Assembly: GCF_009914755.1 (NCBI RefSeq)
Contig: NC_060932.1
Strand: one strand, 5' to 3'
Length of the DNA: 64,000 nt
From: the human T2T-CHM13v2.0 reference genome, Homo sapiens
In this document: positions 59,554-64,000 of the stretch, one piece after another
Position numbering within the stretch: the stretch's first letter is position 1
Layout: every line of letters starts with the position of its first letter
Program-made: the position numbers and the translations under genes
The notes under the pieces: generated by a model
Database searches by the model: none
Told to the model about the DNA's origin: nothing
Seen by the model: only the letters and a program-made list of their open reading frames with translations

Positions 59554-60352
59554 TTTTTTATTATACTTTAAGTTCTGGGATACATGTGCAGAGTGTGCAG
59601 GTTTGTTACACAGGTGTACATGTGCCATGTTGGTTTGCTGCACCCATCAACCCGTCATCTACATTAGGTATTTCTCCTAATGCTATCCCTCCCCTAGCCC
59701 CCCACCCCCACAACAGGACCTGGTGTGTGATGTTCACCTCCCTGTGTCCATGTGTTCTCACTGTTCAGTTCCCACTTATGAATGAGAACCCACAGTGTTT
59801 GGTTTTCTGTTCCTGTGTTAGTTTGCTGAGAATGATGGTTTCCAGCTTCATCCATGACCCTGCAAAGGACATGAACTCATCCTTTTTTATGGCTGTTTAG
59901 TATTCCATGGTGTGTATGTGTCACGTTTTCTTTATCCAGTCTATCATTGATGGCATTTGGGTTGGTTCCAATTTGCTATTGTGAACAGTGCTGCAATAAA
60001 CATATGTGTGCATGTGTCTTTATAGTAGAATGATTTATAATCCTTTGAGTATATACCCAGTAATGGGATTGCTTGGTCAAATGGAAGATCTGGTTCTAGA
60101 TCCTTGAGGAAAGACCACATTGTCTTCCACAATGGTTGAACTAATTTAAACTCCCACCACAAGTGTAAAAGCATTCCTATTTCTCCACATCCTCTCCAGC
60201 ATCTGTTGTTTCCTGACTTTTTAATGATCGCCATTCTAACTGGCATGAGATGGTATATCATTGTGGTTTTGATTTGCATTTCTCTAATGACCAATGATGA
60301 TGAGCTTTTTTTCGTATGTTTTTTGGCCACATAAATGTCTTCTTTTGAGAAG
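59554..60352 (-). mobile_element. L1PA7/8-like 3'UTR plus ORF2 C-terminus
   Basis: ttattatactttaagttctggg; ORF 59944-60360 translates FSKEDIY...[12 protein letters not shown]...LVQPLWK. Confidence 0.93.
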
Positions 60353-60816
60353 AACAGCAAAGATTGCTGCCTGTTCCTTCCTCTGGAAGCTTTGTCCCAG
60401 GGGGCACCTGCCAGATGCCTGCTGGAGCTCTCCCGTATGAGGTGTCAGTCAACACCTGCTGGGAGGTATTTCCCCATCAGGAGGCACAGGGATCAGGGAC
60501 CTACTTAAGGAGGCAGTCTGTCCCTTAGCAGAGCTTGAGCACTGTGCTGGGAGATCTGCTGCTCTCTTCAGAGCTGGCAGGCAGGAATGTCTACGTCTGC
60601 TGAAGCTGCCCCTGAAGCTGTGCCCACAGTCCCCCAGGTGCTCTGTCCCAGAAAGATGGGAGTTTTATCTATAAAACTCCCCTGACTGGGGCTGCCTTTC
60701 TTTCAGAAATGCCCTGCCCAGAGAGGAGGAATCTAGAGAGACAGTCTGGCTACAGTGGCTTTGCCGCACTGCAGTGGGTTTTGCATCCAGTCTGAACTTC
60801 CCAGCAGCCTTGTTTA
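60353..60816 (-). mobile_element. L1PA7/8-like internal 5'UTR segment
   Basis: gattgctgcctgttccttcctctggaagc, gctctcttcagagctggcaggcagg, gccctgcccagagaggaggaatctagagag. Confidence 0.85.
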
Positions 60817-61251
60817 TGAATACAAAAAGTATTCAATTAACATTGACTATAATTAATAATTTTACAATTTTTGCTCTTCAAATATACACATTCTTTTAAA
60901 AATCCATTTATTATAAGGATATACAGAAAAGTGCATTTATATATTGCTTGTCAGTATATAAATTCAAATAAATTTCCTAGGGTAAATTAGAAATTACACA
61001 CTAGAATGTTTCAGATAATATTGTTTACAACACTGTAATTGTGGAAGTAACTGAGTCCAAGAAGCGTATTGGCTAAAAAAATGTTTATTCATATAATGAG
61101 ATTTTTTTCAGTCATCAAAATGATATTGTAAAATATTATATGACAACATTTTAAGACACTTGTGTTATGTTCCTATTTGATAATGTAGGCTATAAGAGAG
61201 TGTGTACAGATATAGATATATATTAGCATATATTATATAGTGAAAAAATGA

Positions 61252-61623
61252 AGGGCCCCACCCATGTCCTGCTGATTGTTCTATTTTATGGAGCACTGAT
61301 TGGTCCATTTTACAGAGTGCTGATTGGTGCACTTACAATCCTTTAGCTAGACACAGAGCACTGATTGGTGCATTTACAATCCTTTAGCTGGACACAGAGT
61401 GCTGATTGGTGTGTTTTTACAGAGTGCTGATTGGTGCATTTACAATCCTATAGCTAGACACAGAGTGCTGATTGGTGTGTTTTTACAGAGTGCTGATTGG
61501 TGCATTTACAATCCTTTAGCTAGACACAGAGCACTGATTGGTGGGTTTACAATCCTCTAGCTAGACAGAAAAGTTCTCCAAGTCCCCATTTGACCCAGGA
61601 AGTCCAGCTGGCTTCACCTCTCA
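61252..61623 (-). mobile_element. LTR12 (LTR12F-like; HERV9) 5' portion with CCAAT repeat array
   Basis: Minus-strand start tgagaggtgaagccagctggacttcctggg; eight ctgattgg copies in tandem units. Confidence 0.9.
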
Positions 61624-62016
61624 ATATCAATAATGTCAAATGTTACAAATAGTAAAAAGAAATAAGGATATTTTAGTCCCTTAAAATTCATTGGCCATTT
61701 TTGCAGAGCAGTTTTCATGCTACAGAAGATTTCAGGTTGCAGTGAGGAAACAGCTGGATTCATGATGAAGAGGAGAGAAAGTGTACCTAACATTCAAGTG
61801 TAACAATTCAAGAAACTGAATTGTGAAGAAAAGGAGAGAAACAGGATAACTCGTGAGAGCCACTGGATCAAAGGAGTGTTGCTTATTTTCATTTCTGTTT
61901 AAATTTTGGACTCAGTGGGTACACAGGAAGGTTTGTTACATGGGCATATTTTGTGATGCTGAGGCTTGGAGTTATGAATGATCCCATCACAAGGTGGTGC
62001 ATATAATACCCAATTA

Positions 62017-62904
<888 letters not shown>

Positions 62905-62992
62905 AATGGGCTTTTTAGCCAATGCTCCACTCCCTCCTCGCTTTAGTAGTCCCCAGAGTCTATTGGTCCCATCTTTATATCCATGTGTATTC

Positions 62993-63396
62993 TGTAAGGT
63001 TAGCCGAGAGAAAGGAGGAGAGAGAGGGAGATTCAAGGTCAGGCGAGTAAGTTTATTAACCTGCCAGGCTGCTCCACCATAGTCAGAGGAGGCAGCCCTG
63101 AGCTTACAAAATGAGGGGTTTATATGGGGGAGAGAGAACCTGGGGTTGCCGGTTAACTTTACCACATATCATCTTGTGACTGTAGAAATTTACAAGAGGG
63201 TATAACATAGGTTTATCCACGTTTCTCGTGACCTCCCCCATGTTCCCCGGGGGGCTGTATTCAGGATTTTGCTCAGCAAGTCTGGTGACCTTGCCGTGGC
63301 GCCTAGATAAGGGTCCAGGAATGCAGCTGCAGAGTAGTCAGGGTAAGGTTCAGCTGCACTGAGGGAGGGGGATCCTGGAGCAGCTTGTCCCTAACG
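62993..63396 (-). mobile_element. Solo LTR ~400 bp (LTR3/HML-6-like, family tentative)
   Basis: Minus strand gttagggacaagctg...aataaa...cggctaaccttaca; TSD (g)tattc; splits the L1. Confidence 0.7.
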
Positions 63397-63769
63397 TATT
63401 CAATATTTAGCTCTCACTAATAAGTGAGACATGTTTGGTTTTCTGTTCCTGCGTTAATTTATTTAGGATAATGGCCTCCAGCTGCATCCATATTGCTGCA
63501 AAGGACATGATTTCACTCTTCTGATGGCTGTATAGTATTCCACGATGTATATGTAGCCATGTTTTCTTTATCCAGCCCACTGTTGAGGGACATCTAGATT
63601 GATTCCAGGTCTTTGCTAGTGTTTTTTGTTTTTAACATCAAAAGAATTTAATGTGTTTGGGGAAGGAATCAGAGGAGAAAGGGAAATTGAAGAATTGATA
63701 GCTTCAGTGGGGAAGGTGATGAATGAGAGACCCAGAAGAGAAGGAAATGAGGGAGATCTAGAGCAAACT

Positions 63770-63915
63770 CTTTAAATTGTAACTCAGATGAAAATAGCTG
63801 TAGACTTGTTAAAATGTATCCCATAGGTCTGGAATGCAACCTGAGATTCCCTATTTCTCACGAACTCCCAAGTGGTGCTGATGCTGCTGTTCCACAGATC
63901 ACACATTAGCAAGGC
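63770..63915. mobile_element. MER5A MITE
   Basis: aactcccaagtggtgctgatgctgctgttccacagatcacac. Confidence 0.75.
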
Positions 63916-64000
63916 ACTAGACCACTGGTTCTCAAACATAGCTGTAAAAATCCCTGGGTTCTTCCCACAGAAATTTTTTCTTTTCTTTTTTCTTTTTCTT

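Noticed and set aside
59944-60360. 138-aa ORF with a Cys-rich motif
   Set aside because: L1 ORF2 C-terminal fragment with a non-ATG start across the fusion junction
61290-61570. Regularly spaced repeats resembling a CRISPR array
   Set aside because: No unique spacers; these are LTR12 U3 tandem repeats in eukaryotic DNA

Overview
Primate (most likely human) AT-rich, CpG-poor intergenic or deep-intronic DNA dominated by transposable elements. No protein-coding gene is supported; the recognisable ORFs translate Alu, L1, MaLR/ERV or microsatellite sequence and the rest are short, with no family motif. Main content: (1) a decayed minus-strand provirus (~1.4-4.7 kb) with class III (ERVL-like) RNase H/integrase plus a gamma-type env TM; (2) five probable betaretroviral (HML) LTRs (3x MER11, LTR22, a tentative LTR3); (3) a five-level nested insertion at ~39.9-49.8 kb (old L1M > 5'-inverted L1MA > L1MA with 5'UTR > THE1D provirus > Alu, plus a MER11 remnant at a deletion); (4) an L1PA 5'UTR segment fused directly to an ORF2 tail/3'UTR; (5) a probable processed 3'UTR retrocopy inside an L1PB; (6) eleven Alu copies or fragments, and MIR, L2, CR1 and hAT relics. 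Family and subfamily names come from recalled consensus sequences, not a database search, and boundaries of ancient repeats are approximate. I found no evidence of a new functional system; the findings are mainly TE-evolution observations plus weak splice and regulatory candidates.
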